From NCBI GenBank assembly GCA_965219955.1, contig OZ244799.1, forward strand, positions 3,456,001-3,520,000: a DNA stretch of 64,000 nt, written 5' to 3'. The notes under the pieces are model-generated. The model did not search any database. It saw only the letters and a list, made by a program, of their open reading frames with translations, and was not told where the DNA came from. Source of the stretch: a bacterium. GTDB lineage: Bacteria > UBA8248. A program made the position numbers and the translations under genes. Below, one piece after another: positions 26,912 through 37,180 of this stretch. Position 1 is the first letter of the stretch. Each line of letters opens with the position of its first letter.

Positions 26912-28282
26912 CTACCTCGGCGTGTTCACCCGCTCTAGCAGGGCCGTCAGTTCCTTGAGCCGGATCGAGTCGAGCCTCGATACGGCGTCCACGATCTCCC
27001 CGCGCAGGGAGGCGTCCGCGTGCGCTTCGCTCAGGGCCTCGAACTTCTCGTTCACCGTCGCCCAGCTCATCGGCGTGGAGAAATGTCCCTCCCAGGTGGG
27101 CTTGTCCAGCTTGTGGACGCTCCCGTCTTTCAGCGTGATGGTGATGAGCACGGGCGACTGCGCGGGATATCTCGCCGTCATCTCGTCCGAATTGGTGGTG
27201 CGCACTTTCTTGAGCAGCGCCTGCACGTCGTCTGCGCGGATTCTCGCTTCCTCGTACTGGGCGGGCAGCACCTGCTCGTCGATGATGGCGGCGGAGAGCA
27301 CGTAGGGCAGGCTGTGGTCCGCCGTCTCCTTGTTCAAGACGTGCTCGCGCGCGCCCGCCTTGCCCTCGCCCATGATGAAGTAGGCGCGCTCATAAATCCC
27401 GATCTCGACCTCCTCGATGTCCTCCGGGCTGAAGCCGTGCTCGCGCTTCATGTCGATGACGCCCTCGATGGCCGTCTGGGAGTGCAGGCCCGCGTTGTAG
27501 CGCTTCACGCTGATCTCGAGCATCTTGCTCAAGGATGTATCCGACCAGTCGGCCTCGAACTCGCCCGTCACGGACTCGAACACGCCCAGGGGACCCTCGA
27601 TCAGCTGCAACTGCCCCGTCACCCCGCGCATGGCCAGAAACGTCGAGTGCACACCGGTGTGGCAGCCGGCCGCGTAGGCGAAGCCCTTCCAGTGGGAGAG
27701 TTCGCCCGTGCGCGTGATGAGCAGGGGGTTCTGGCGCACGCCGCTGATCGCGATGGCGTTGGCCGTCCTCTCCGCGTCCAGCCCCAGGGCGCGCGAGGCG
27801 CCCGCCGCCACGGCGTAGGCGCCCGCCATCGGCTGGTCGAAGCCCCTTTTCTCGTAGGGCGCGCTGTCGCAGAGGCGGCACTGCACTTCATACGCCAGGG
27901 CGAGGGCCGTCATGAAATCCGCGCCGCTCGCGTCCGCGTATTCGGCCGCCGCCATCACGGCGCCCGCGTTGTCGCTCGGGTGCGAGGTGGCGAGCTTGCC
28001 CATGAAGCCGTCGTTGAAATCGAGATAGCGGATGAGCGAGGTGTTGTAGAACGCAGCGGCGTCGGGCGCGCTCTTGCCGCCGCCGATGAGCGTGCAGTGC
28101 GGGGCGCCTCCGAAGTCATCCGCCTGCTCGCGCAGGTAGCGGACGGGGCCTTCGCCCAGCGAGCCGATGGCGCAGCCGATGGTGTCGACCATGAGGGTCT
28201 TGATCTGCGTGCGCATCTCGTCTGTGAGGTCATCGAAACCGGTGTTCGCGGCGAACGCCGCCATCTGTTCCACAATCGTCAT
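26912..28282 (-). CDS. MmgE/PrpD family protein (2-methylcitrate dehydratase-like)
   Basis: IRYLDFND, SHPSDN, GELSHWKG, ETADHSLPY. Confidence 0.9.
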   Translation of the reverse strand: MTIVEQMAAFAANTGFDDLTDEMRTQIKTLMVDTIGCAIGSLGEGPVRYLREQADDFGGAPHCTLIGGGKSAPDAAAFYNTSLIRYLDFNDGFMGKLATSHPSDNAGAVMAAAEYADASGADFMTALALAYEVQCRLCDSAPYEKRGFDQPMAGAYAVAAGASRALGLDAERTANAIAISGVRQNPLLITRTGELSHWKGFAYAAGCHTGVHSTFLAMRGVTGQLQLIEGPLGVFESVTGEFEADWSDTSLSKMLEISVKRYNAGLHSQTAIEGVIDMKREHGFSPEDIEEVEIGIYERAYFIMGEGKAGAREHVLNKETADHSLPYVLSAAIIDEQVLPAQYEEARIRADDVQALLKKVRTTNSDEMTARYPAQSPVLITITLKDGSVHKLDKPTWEGHFSTPMSWATVNEKFEALSEAHADASLRGEIVDAVSRLDSIRLKELTALLERVNTPR

Positions 28283-28326
28283 GTCGTTTTTCCTTCCTCG
28301 ATCCGGTATTTGGGGGAATGCGCGGG

Positions 28327-29346
28327 CTAGCCGCCGTGCAGTTTTCTGTATGCTCGCTGCATGATGAGCGCGTCGTATTCGAGCGCCGGAGACTCGCACA
28401 CCACCCGGCCCTCGGCGCCGAAATCGATGAGCGCGCGGAAGAGATCCTTGTAGTTCATGTCCGACTCGTCGAGCTCCAGGTGATGCGCCTCGCCCTTGTC
28501 CGAATACGCGATGCCCGAGAGGTGGATGTGCAAGGTCTTGAGAACGTCGTCGCCCATCTTGTTCTTCAAAAGCTCCAGTTGCGCCCCGAACTCATCGTAA
28601 GTGTTGTGCGCCCCCGCCGAGCGCGCGTGAATGTGCGCGAAGTCTATCGTGAAGCCGACGTTCTTATCTTTCAGATCGCCGCCCATGTCGGCGATTTCCT
28701 CGAGCGAGCCGAACTGGGTGCCCTTGCCCGTCGTCTCGGGATCCAGGCGAACCGGACAGCCCTCTTCCTCCAGGATGTCGGCGAGCTCTCCTATCTGGTT
28801 GCAGATGAAGTCGTAGACCTCCTTCGGGTCTCGTTTCTGGTAGAAGCCGGGATGAAAGCACGCGCCGTCGCCCCCGCACTTCGCCAGGGCGCGCGCGGTG
28901 TCGAGCACGCGCTTGCGGCTCGCCGCCACCTTCTCCTCTTCGAGCGAATAGAGGTTCACGTAATAGGGACCGTGCGCGGTGACCTGAACGCCCGTCTCCG
29001 CCTGGGCGGCCCGCACCTCATCGCACGTCTCCTCGCGGATGCGGACGCCGTGGACGAACTCCATCTCGTAGACGCCGAGACCCAGCTCGTGAAGCCTGCG
29101 CACCGCGGCGGGGTGTGTCTGCGGCTTGGTGGAGTGCGGGACGCCGCCCGTGCCGAAGAAAATCCTGTCCGTCCGCCTGGGCTTCGCGTTCACGTTCAAG
29201 GGGCCGTCATAGGTTCTGCCCTTCGGTTTTTCCTTCGGAACCCCCGGCGCCCAGCCGCGCACGTCAGCTTTCGGCTTCGCCGCTTTTTTGGGGGCCGGTT
29301 TCTTTTTGGCCGCGGCTTTCGGGGCCGCTTTTTTCTTTTCCGGCAC
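28327..29346 (-). CDS. Endonuclease IV-like TIM-barrel protein (archaeal Nfo type) with Lys/Ala/Pro-rich N-terminal tail
   Basis: AHGPYYVNL, FHPGFY, PETTGKGTQFGSLEE, DFAHIHAR, HIHLSGI, CESP. Confidence 0.85.
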   Translation of the reverse strand: MPEKKKAAPKAAAKKKPAPKKAAKPKADVRGWAPGVPKEKPKGRTYDGPLNVNAKPRRTDRIFFGTGGVPHSTKPQTHPAAVRRLHELGLGVYEMEFVHGVRIREETCDEVRAAQAETGVQVTAHGPYYVNLYSLEEEKVAASRKRVLDTARALAKCGGDGACFHPGFYQKRDPKEVYDFICNQIGELADILEEEGCPVRLDPETTGKGTQFGSLEEIADMGGDLKDKNVGFTIDFAHIHARSAGAHNTYDEFGAQLELLKNKMGDDVLKTLHIHLSGIAYSDKGEAHHLELDESDMNYKDLFRALIDFGAEGRVVCESPALEYDALIMQRAYRKLHGG

Positions 29347-29468
29347 GCTCGTCCTCAGAAGATTTGTTGCGCGAAGGCGCTGTTTTTTTGTCGGATCGCT
29401 CTTTCAGGCGGTCGATGGCCCACTCTAGCAGATATGCGCGCATGCTGCGAGAAACCTCCCCTTGGAAT

Positions 29469-30095
29469 TCAGGCGGCGGGCGCGTCGCGGGGCGGCTCGC
29501 TCAGCCACTCGGCCATCTGGGCGAGAATCTCCCGCTTGCCGAGCCCCGTGTTCGCGCTGCAGAGAATCGGGCCGGACCAGTGGCCGTACAGCCCGCCCCC
29601 GTCCACCATGGTCTTCACGAGCGCGTCCAGAACGCCTTTGCGCTCGTTTTGTTTCAGCTTGTCCGCCTTGGTGAGCACCAGGCACGCCGGCAGGTTCACC
29701 GCCGCGAGCCACTCTAAAAGATGCAGGTCCATCTCCCGCGCCCCCCGGCGCGAATCGATGAGCACCACCACCCCCTGGAGCGTCTCGCGGTGCTCGAGAT
29801 AGGTCTCGATCATGGGCCGCCAGCGGGCCCTCTCGGCAAGCGGCACCTTCGCGTATCCATAGCCCGGCAAGTCCACGAGGTTGAAGCGCCCGTCCACGCC
29901 GAAGAAATTGACGAGCTGCGTCTTGCCGGGGGTCGCGCTCGTCTTGGCGAGGCTCTTGCGGTTGGTCAGGAAGTTGATGAGCGAGGATTTGCCCACGTTG
30001 CTCCTGCCCGCAAAGGCGACCTCGGGCAGATCCGCCCTCGGCCAGCCCGCACGCCCGGCGGCGCTTTTGATGAATCGCGCGTTCTGGATTCTCAT
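29469..30095 (-). CDS. engB: Ribosome biogenesis GTP-binding protein YihA/YsxC
   Basis: GRSNVGKSSLIN, TPGKTQ, DLPGYGYA, TKADK. Confidence 0.95.
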   Translation of the reverse strand: MRIQNARFIKSAAGRAGWPRADLPEVAFAGRSNVGKSSLINFLTNRKSLAKTSATPGKTQLVNFFGVDGRFNLVDLPGYGYAKVPLAERARWRPMIETYLEHRETLQGVVVLIDSRRGAREMDLHLLEWLAAVNLPACLVLTKADKLKQNERKGVLDALVKTMVDGGGLYGHWSGPILCSANTGLGKREILAQMAEWLSEPPRDAPAA

Positions 30096-30105
30096 GGCCG
30101 CGGCG

Positions 30106-31419
30106 TCAGGAGGAATCCCCCGCCGGGGGAGCGAATGCGTGAACGACGAGGCCGGTGCGTATCTTGGGATAGAAATAGGTGGACTTGTGCGGCATCTTGC
30201 CGCCCGCCTTGGCGATTTCGGATACCGATTCAAGGGGCGTGGGGTTCAGCAAAACGGCCGCCGCACACTCCCCGCTCCTGGCGCAGGAGAGCGCAAACTC
30301 CGGATCGGGCGTGAAGGCGATGTCCCCTTCCTCGTGAGAGGCTTTGAATGCGCCGTCCACGACCTCCGCATGGAGGCGGCTCACGTCGAGCGCCGCGACG
30401 GCCTCATCGACGGAGGAGGTATCTCCGTCATGCCTCCCGATGAGATAGCGGACGTTCGCGCCGCCGTCATAGAGGCAAAAAACGCTGGCGCCGCCGTTTT
30501 CTCCGGATAACGCCGCCAGGCGCTCGGCCACCCGGCCGCATTCTCCCGCCTCGGGCGCCGGCTCTTCCACTATCTCGTATTTCTCCGCGAGCGCGGCGAG
30601 GGCGTCTTCCGTCGTCGCGGAGACCTTCTTGAGCAACCGGTAGGTGGGCAGAATCACCATGCCCGGGTCCGCGATGTTGGCCAGGCACATGAGCGTGTAG
30701 TCCGCCTCGCTCCCCTCGGGAGCGCCATCCCCGCGGGCGGCGTCTCTCAAGTCCAGGGACGTCTCGTAGCGGTGGTGGCCGTCGGCGATGAACACCTCCC
30801 TGTCCCGTAGCGATTCCTGCGCGAGCGCGATAACTGCCGGGTCGTCGCACCGCCAGAGGGTATGGCGCACGCCGTCGTCTTCGAAATCGGCGACGGGCGC
30901 GCCCTTCTCCGCGCTCTTCAAGGCGCGGTTCGCCGTCTCCCGGGGCTCGTCGTAAAAGCCGAAAATCGGCCCCAGGTGCGCACCGCTCCTCCCCCACAGG
31001 TCGAACAGGTAGCCCTTGGGCTTGGGGAAGGTCTGTTCGTGGGGATAAATCCTGCCCGCGCCGTAGGGTTCGAGCTTCACGACCGCGAAAAACGCGTTCC
31101 GCTCCAGGCGCGTCCCGTCGGGAAGCGAGAAGCGCTGGCGGTAGGGATAGAGCGCGGGCGTGTCGTCCAGGGTCATCGCTCCGCTCGCGCGCCAGTTTTC
31201 GAGATATTCGACCGCGCGGCCCACGCGGCCCGCGTCCCCGTCCTCGCCCTCCAGTATCTCGCCCTGAATCAGCCGCACGATGTTCAGCGGGTGGCGCTCA
31301 TAGAACGAACGCCTGATCTCGGGCGTAAAGACATCATACGGCGGGGAGGAGACATCTCCCATCTCTTCGGGTGCGATATTCGAATACCTAAGCGCGCGGA
31401 ACGCCCGAACCTCAACCAC
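30106..31419 (-). CDS. DUF1015 family protein
   Basis: FRALRY, PPYDV, PHEQT, IADGHHRYET, MPHKSTYFYPK. Confidence 0.9.
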   Translation of the reverse strand: MVEVRAFRALRYSNIAPEEMGDVSSPPYDVFTPEIRRSFYERHPLNIVRLIQGEILEGEDGDAGRVGRAVEYLENWRASGAMTLDDTPALYPYRQRFSLPDGTRLERNAFFAVVKLEPYGAGRIYPHEQTFPKPKGYLFDLWGRSGAHLGPIFGFYDEPRETANRALKSAEKGAPVADFEDDGVRHTLWRCDDPAVIALAQESLRDREVFIADGHHRYETSLDLRDAARGDGAPEGSEADYTLMCLANIADPGMVILPTYRLLKKVSATTEDALAALAEKYEIVEEPAPEAGECGRVAERLAALSGENGGASVFCLYDGGANVRYLIGRHDGDTSSVDEAVAALDVSRLHAEVVDGAFKASHEEGDIAFTPDPEFALSCARSGECAAAVLLNPTPLESVSEIAKAGGKMPHKSTYFYPKIRTGLVVHAFAPPAGDSS

Positions 31420-31472
31420 GAGAAACCCCTTTCAAGAATACGATACAAACCGATGAGAACAGCGGCGAGGGG

Positions 31473-31501
31473 ATATTAAGGTCGCGCATCGAGGCTGTCA
31501 A
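31473..31501 (-). promoter_or_regulatory. Sigma70 promoter for DUF1015-engB
   Basis: TTGACA-N17-TAATAT on the minus strand. Confidence 0.65.
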
Positions 31502-31660
31502 AACATATCGGGAACATGTGATGACTTCTAAAGCCCCGCTCGCGTTCCGGCGTTTCAGACAAGCGAGTTGACCGGGACGGACGGGTGCTCTAGTTTCCTC
31601 ATCATTCTCCGCGGGGCCGGATGGGCTGCGCCTTGAAATGGCAAACGAAGGAATCCAGGG

Positions 31661-32611
31661 ATGAAAACGAAATTCGGCGTCAGCTTCACCATGCACCCCG
31701 AGCGCATCTTCACGCCCGGGGAAATGTATGCGTTCGCGGAATCCGCCGAAGCGCTCGGTTATGATTCCCTGTGGATAGGCGATCACATCTCTTTCCACGG
31801 CCACTACACCGAGAGCCTCACCACGCTGGCCGCCTTCGCGGCCCGCACCAGCCGCATCACGCTGGGGGTGGGCGTCTATCTCCTGCCGCTGAGACGTCCC
31901 GCCATCGCCGCCAAGACCGCCGCCACGGTGGACTACCTGACGGGCGGGGGGCGCTTCATCTTCGGCGTCGGCGTGGGCGGTGAAGGAAAAACCGAGTTCG
32001 AGCTCTGCGGCGTGAACGTCAAGGAGCGCGGCGCGCGGACGGATGAGTCCATCGAAATCGCCCGAAAGCTCTGGAGCGGCGAGAAAGTGAGCCACGAGGG
32101 GCGCTTCTGGTGTTTTCAGGATGCCCGCCAGACCCCCGCCCCGCTCACGCCCGGGGGACCCCCCATCTGGGTGGGGGGCCGAAGCGACGCCGCCCGCAAG
32201 AGAGCGGCGCTCAGAGGCGAAGGGTATGTCTCCTACATGTTCTCCGCACCCCGCTTCGCCAGGGGCCTCGAAGACATGAAGCGATGGGCGGAAGAGGCGG
32301 GGAAGCCCCTCGACATCGAAGGGGGCGCGTGGACGCCGGCGCACCATGCGTTCATCTACGTTCACGAGGACGCGGAGCACGCCCTGCGCGAGGGCATCAG
32401 GAACCTTTCCAGACGCTACAACATGGATTTTGACGGCATCGCCCAAAAGTATTTATTCTATGGGCCGCGCGAGCGGTGCCTGGAGCAGATAGCGGCGTTT
32501 CAGGAAGCGGGTGCTGTGCACTTCATCTTCAAGCACGCGGGTCCTGCGGATGAGGAGATGGATCAGATGGCGCTTTTGGCGGAAGAGGTGATCCCGGAGG
32601 CGAGGAATTGA
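31661..32611 (+). CDS. LLM-class flavin/F420-dependent oxidoreductase
   Basis: GYDSLWIGDH, LAAFAARTSRITLG, GRFIFGVGVG, PPIWVGGRS. Confidence 0.9.
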   Translation: MKTKFGVSFTMHPERIFTPGEMYAFAESAEALGYDSLWIGDHISFHGHYTESLTTLAAFAARTSRITLGVGVYLLPLRRPAIAAKTAATVDYLTGGGRFIFGVGVGGEGKTEFELCGVNVKERGARTDESIEIARKLWSGEKVSHEGRFWCFQDARQTPAPLTPGGPPIWVGGRSDAARKRAALRGEGYVSYMFSAPRFARGLEDMKRWAEEAGKPLDIEGGAWTPAHHAFIYVHEDAEHALREGIRNLSRRYNMDFDGIAQKYLFYGPRERCLEQIAAFQEAGAVHFIFKHAGPADEEMDQMALLAEEVIPEARN

Positions 32612-32958
32612 GCGAGGCGAAAAAGGCGAGCCTCAAATGGCCCGTGTGCACCATCCTGATTCTCGCGCTCCTGGGCGGGATGATCTATTGGGGCTACACG
32701 GCCTTCCAGGCCGAACAAGCCATGATACAGGCGAAAACGCCGGGGGGCGCGGCATCAGCCGCGGGTTCCGAGCCCGTCGCTTACCGCTCCGCATTGCCTC
32801 ACTATTTCCTGGTCGGTTTCGCCCTCGTCATGACGGCGATTCTGGGGAGCATCATCTACTTCTGGTGGTCGCTCAAGGACTGGGAAGGCGGCAGGCGCTA
32901 CGGCGAGGAAGAAGCCGAGGAACCGGCTCCCGATTCGGACAAGGTCTCCGCTCCTTAG
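32608..32958 (+). CDS. Hypothetical two-TM membrane protein
   Basis: Two hydrophobic segments. Overlaps the upstream stop codon by 4 nt. Confidence 0.6.
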   Translation: MSEAKKASLKWPVCTILILALLGGMIYWGYTAFQAEQAMIQAKTPGGAASAAGSEPVAYRSALPHYFLVGFALVMTAILGSIIYFWWSLKDWEGGRRYGEEEAEEPAPDSDKVSAP

Positions 32959-32971
32959 GATTTTCTGAGTT

Positions 32972-34093
32972 CTACGCCTGCTCGATGGCGGAGAGGAACC
33001 ACTGGTTCGGCCCCTCGGGCCGCACCCACGTCCAGTGTTCAGCGAAATTCACGCGCTGCGTGCGGCTGCCCTCGACGATATCCCCGCTTCGCTCGTCCAC
33101 CACGTAGTCGCAAAGACTCGCCTCGTAGCGCACGGTGATGAATTCGTAGCCCTCCTCGTTCCAGGCCTCGACGATCTCGGCTTTCCCGACGTCCACGTCG
33201 TCGAGCTTGTTGATCTTCCCCTCGCTTTTGAGACCCTCGACGTCGCGCTGGACTTCCGTATAGATCTCCTTGTCCATCAGGTCGCGCACGGGGGAGAGAT
33301 CGCGCGCCGTCCAGGCGTTCTGGAAGCGAATGAAGTTCTCCTTCGCCAGGCCGATGAATGCCTGCTCGGAAAAGGATGCGTCGCCTTCGATCATTCTCTT
33401 GAGCGCCGCATCGCTCGCGGAGTCGCGGCGAGGACCGCCGCTTGAGGGTCGGGCCGATCGGGTCGAACCGCCGCCGGCGCCGATGTCCGGGCCGCGGTAC
33501 ACGCCGCCCGACCTCTCGTGCCTGCGGGGCGCTTCGTATCTATCGTGGGGCTCCTCCTCGTATCCCCCCACGCCGTAGGGGTCGGCCTCGGCGTAGCGGT
33601 CTCCCGAATAGCGGGGTTGCTGTTGGGAGGCGGCCGCGCGGTTTCGCATCATCCGGAAGATGAAGAAGATGATCCCGCCGATCAGGAGAATCTCCAGAAG
33701 CCCGAAACCTCCGCCCATCCCCATGCCGCCCATGCCGCCCACCCCGCCGAAGAGCATGCGGCCGAGCATACCGCCCAGCAGGAACCCGCCGATGCCCGCG
33801 AACAGTCCGGACCCCAGGCCGCCGCCCAGGAACGAGGACCTCTGGAACGGCCTTCGCGAGAAGCTGCGCGCCCGGGGGCGCGCGCCGAACGAGCGTCTCG
33901 AGAAGCCCCTGCGTCCGAAGCTGCCGAACCCGCGCGAGCCGCGGAAACCGAAGGAGCGGAAACCGCCGAAGCGCCTCGCCTCGGCATCCTGGGTCACCAG
34001 AACCAGGCCATCCGGGGTGCGGGCGGGCGCGCCAACGTGCGCGGGGGCCAGAAACAGCAACGCGAACAACACGGCGATGAGAATAGACTTCAT
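32972..34093 (-). CDS. Tim44 domain-containing protein
   Basis: Signal peptide, Arg/Gly/Phe-rich region, Gly-rich TM segment, and C-terminal F...AKENFIRFQNAW...F.EHWTW.R...WFLSAIEQ. Confidence 0.88.
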   Translation of the reverse strand: MKSILIAVLFALLFLAPAHVGAPARTPDGLVLVTQDAEARRFGGFRSFGFRGSRGFGSFGRRGFSRRSFGARPRARSFSRRPFQRSSFLGGGLGSGLFAGIGGFLLGGMLGRMLFGGVGGMGGMGMGGGFGLLEILLIGGIIFFIFRMMRNRAAASQQQPRYSGDRYAEADPYGVGGYEEEPHDRYEAPRRHERSGGVYRGPDIGAGGGSTRSARPSSGGPRRDSASDAALKRMIEGDASFSEQAFIGLAKENFIRFQNAWTARDLSPVRDLMDKEIYTEVQRDVEGLKSEGKINKLDDVDVGKAEIVEAWNEEGYEFITVRYEASLCDYVVDERSGDIVEGSRTQRVNFAEHWTWVRPEGPNQWFLSAIEQA

Positions 34094-34257
34094 GCGAAAC
34101 CTCCGAATGCGGCCAGGCCCGAAAGACGGGCGTCTCGACTCTCCCGATTATCCCAATATCGGGAGCCCAAGTCCATTGCGGAACGGGGATGGCGGATGCC
34201 GTGCGCATCCAGGGGTTCTGCGGTTTCCGTACGCGGCCCCCTGAATTCCCTCATTGC

Positions 34258-34775
34258 GGGGTTGTTGAAAAAGCCGGTTTCGGTCGGGATCGGCGGCAAG
34301 GAGGTTCACGCGGCGCAGACGTGATGGTTTTGTAGGGACAGGCCTCCGTGCCTGCCCCTGCAAAGGCAACCCCCCCTACCCCCCCTTGTCAGGGGGGCAA
34401 GAAAAAACAAAACCCCCTCAACCGGTGGTTGCCGTCGCCTTTTCATAGCCCCCCTGACAAGGGCCTGTTGAAAAAACCTGGTCTGCCCCTCCTCAAACCG
34501 CCAACACCTCTTTCCTCACCCTGAGTAGCCGCCGAAGAGCCTGTCCTGAGCTTGTCGAAGGGCGGCGTATCGAAGGGCGCGGAGAGTCGAACGCCTCGCG
34601 CCGGGTGAGGGCAAACACTCATTCATCAATCGCGTTTGACCTTCGATACGGCGCTTTCGCGCCTACTCAGGATGAGGAGTGTCGGGGAACGGCGGAGCCT
34701 GTCCCGAGCGAAGTCGAGGGGCCGCTACTCAGGATGAGGCGGTGCGGTTCTGATTCGTCATTCCGGTGTCGGAAC
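34258..34775. repeat. Composite nested cluster of MITE ends, REP-like and palindromic repeats
   Basis: TIR-like ends at 34258 and 34461, a GTAG REP at 34332, a cttgtcaggggggc/gcccccctgacaag pair, and CTTCGATACG units at 34511-34579 and 34640-34677. Confidence 0.7.
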
Positions 34776-34993
34776 CGGCCAATGAGGGAGGGTTCGCCGG
34801 GGCGCATCAGGAGCGATTGCGGGCGAGGTCTCCGGCTTGCAGGACGCGGAGGCCGGGGCGGCGGGAATCCCCGCAAATCGTTGCCGGGGCATCCGCGCTT
34901 TGCTACCATCGGGGCGTCCCGCGAAACGCATTTTCGCAAACCCGTCCGGGGCCGCGAGGCGTCGGCTCCCAAACCCGAGGAAGCGCCGGTTCC

Positions 34994-36193
34994 ATGAACG
35001 AAACCAGAAAAATGCCGCTCGAGGGCGTTCGTGTCATCGACATCGGCACCCTGTTCGCCGGCCCCTGGATCGCCACCTACATGGCGGATTTCGGAGCCGA
35101 GGTCATCAAGATCGAACACCCGCGCGGCGATTCCCTGAGAAACTTCGCCTCCCAGAAAGACGGCGTCTCGCTGTGGTGGAAGCTCGCGAGCCGGAACAAG
35201 AAGTCCATTACCTGCAACATCTCCTCGCCCGAGGGGCAGGAGATCCTCCGCAAGCTTTGCGAGAGCGCGGACGTTCTGGTGGAGAACTTCCGCCCCGGCA
35301 CGATGGAGCGATGGGGCTTCTCCTGGGAGAACCTCCACGCCCTGAACCCCAGGCTCATCCTCGCGCGGACGAGCGGCTTCGGACAGAAAGGCCCCTACGC
35401 GCAAAGGCCCGGCTTCGGCACGGTGGCGGAAGCCATGAGCGGCTTCGCGCACATCACGGGCTTCCCCGACGGGCCGCCCACGCTGCCGCCCTTCGCCCTG
35501 GCCGACGGCATCAGCGCGCTTTGCGGCACCTACGCCGTGATGATGGCGCTCTACCACCGGGACGTCCACGACGCGCCGGGCCAGGAGATCGACATCGCCA
35601 TCTACGAGCCCATCACCATGGTGCTCGGCCCCCAGCCGCTCGAATACGACCAGCTCGGCTACGTCCAGATGCGCACGGGAAACGCGATTCCCTTCGCCGC
35701 GCCCAGGAACGCCTACCGCTGCAAGGACGGGCGCTACGTCGTGATCTCCGCGAGTGCGGAGAACATCTTCAAGCGCGTCATGCGCGCCGTGGGGCGCGAG
35801 GATTTGGCCGACGATCCCAGGATGATCACCCAGGCGGGCCGGGTGGAGAACATGGCCGAACTCGACGGCGCCATCCAGCTCTGGATAGGCGAGCACACGC
35901 TCGATGAGACGATTACCCATTTCGAGGAACACGAATGCGCCCTGGGGCCCATCTACGACGTGGCCCAGTTCATGGAGGACCCCCACGTGCAGGCGCGAGA
36001 GACCATCACCACCGTGGAGGATGACGAACTCGGCCCCATCAGGATGCAAAACGTGATCCCCAGGCTGAACGGCTCGCCGGGCGCCATCCGTTGGGCGGGT
36101 CCGGCGATAGGCAAGCATACCGACGAGGTGCTGGAAGGAATCGGCTACGACGCCTCGGCCATTTCCGCGCTCAGGGACAAGGGCGTCATCTAG
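34994..36193 (+). CDS. CoA-transferase family III (CaiB/BaiF)
   Basis: PLEGVRVID, DFGAEVIKIEHP, RNKKSIT, ADVLVENFRPG, SGFGQKGPY. Confidence 0.92.
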   Translation: MNETRKMPLEGVRVIDIGTLFAGPWIATYMADFGAEVIKIEHPRGDSLRNFASQKDGVSLWWKLASRNKKSITCNISSPEGQEILRKLCESADVLVENFRPGTMERWGFSWENLHALNPRLILARTSGFGQKGPYAQRPGFGTVAEAMSGFAHITGFPDGPPTLPPFALADGISALCGTYAVMMALYHRDVHDAPGQEIDIAIYEPITMVLGPQPLEYDQLGYVQMRTGNAIPFAAPRNAYRCKDGRYVVISASAENIFKRVMRAVGREDLADDPRMITQAGRVENMAELDGAIQLWIGEHTLDETITHFEEHECALGPIYDVAQFMEDPHVQARETITTVEDDELGPIRMQNVIPRLNGSPGAIRWAGPAIGKHTDEVLEGIGYDASAISALRDKGVI

Positions 36194-36201
36194 CCTCCGC
36201 G

Positions 36202-37104
36202 ATGAAAGCGCCGCCTGAGCACTGCGTTTTCATCTTTCACGAAGGTTATTACGCCTACATCGGCCAGCACGTCCTGCAAGCCGAAAAATACCAGAAAACC
36301 CACGCCAGACTGAGAGAAGCCGGACTGCCCGAGAGCGCATTTCTGTCGCCCTCCACCGCTACGGAAGAGGAACTGGCCCTCGTCCATACGCAGGAGTATC
36401 TGGCGGACCTGCGCTCGGGCGTTCACACCGCGCGGACCGCGCCGAGCGAACTCCCTATCAGTAGGCAGATCGTGGACGCGAGCTTTCTCGCGACGGGCGG
36501 CACTCTCCTCGCCGCGCGCGAGGCTTTGATAAGGGGCCGCGCCCTCAACCTGACCGGGGGATTTCACCACGCCTTCGCCGATCAGGCCGAGGGGTTTTGC
36601 TACGTGAACGACCTGGCTGTCGCCGTGCGCACCCTCATGAACGAGGGCGCCATCCAAAGAGCGGCCGTCATCGACTGCGACCTGCACCAGGGAAACGGCA
36701 CCGCCGTCATCTTCCGCCGCGAGGAGGCGGTGTTCACCTTCTCCATCCATCAGGAGAACATCTACCCGCAAAAGAAGAGAAGCGACATCGACGTCGGCCT
36801 CTACGACCTCGCGACGGAGGACGAATACCTCCCCCATCTCGAAAAACACGTCCCGAAGATGCTTGATGAGCACAAGCCCGGCCTTGTGATGTACCAGGCG
36901 GGGGCGGACCCCTACGCGGGGGATCAGCTCGGAACGCTCAAGCTCTCCAAAGAAGGCCTGAAGCGGCGCGATGCCTATATCCTCGAAGAGTGCCGGGCGC
37001 GCGGGATTCCCGTCGCGGGGACTCTCGGCGGCGGATACGCCCTGAACCCCGAGGACACGGTGGACATCCATTTCCAGACGGCGACCTGTTTTTGGGAGAT
37101 TTGA
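36202..37104 (+). CDS. Histone deacetylase family protein
   Basis: GGFHHA, GFCYVND, DCDLHQGNGT, QAGAD, GGGY. Confidence 0.92.
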   Translation: MKAPPEHCVFIFHEGYYAYIGQHVLQAEKYQKTHARLREAGLPESAFLSPSTATEEELALVHTQEYLADLRSGVHTARTAPSELPISRQIVDASFLATGGTLLAAREALIRGRALNLTGGFHHAFADQAEGFCYVNDLAVAVRTLMNEGAIQRAAVIDCDLHQGNGTAVIFRREEAVFTFSIHQENIYPQKKRSDIDVGLYDLATEDEYLPHLEKHVPKMLDEHKPGLVMYQAGADPYAGDQLGTLKLSKEGLKRRDAYILEECRARGIPVAGTLGGGYALNPEDTVDIHFQTATCFWEI

Positions 37105-37180
37105 GTTTCGGTTTCGCCTGAAGCGCGGGCTGCGTGTATACTCGCCTCAAGTCCCGTGGCTCACCTGAACAAGGAAGCGA

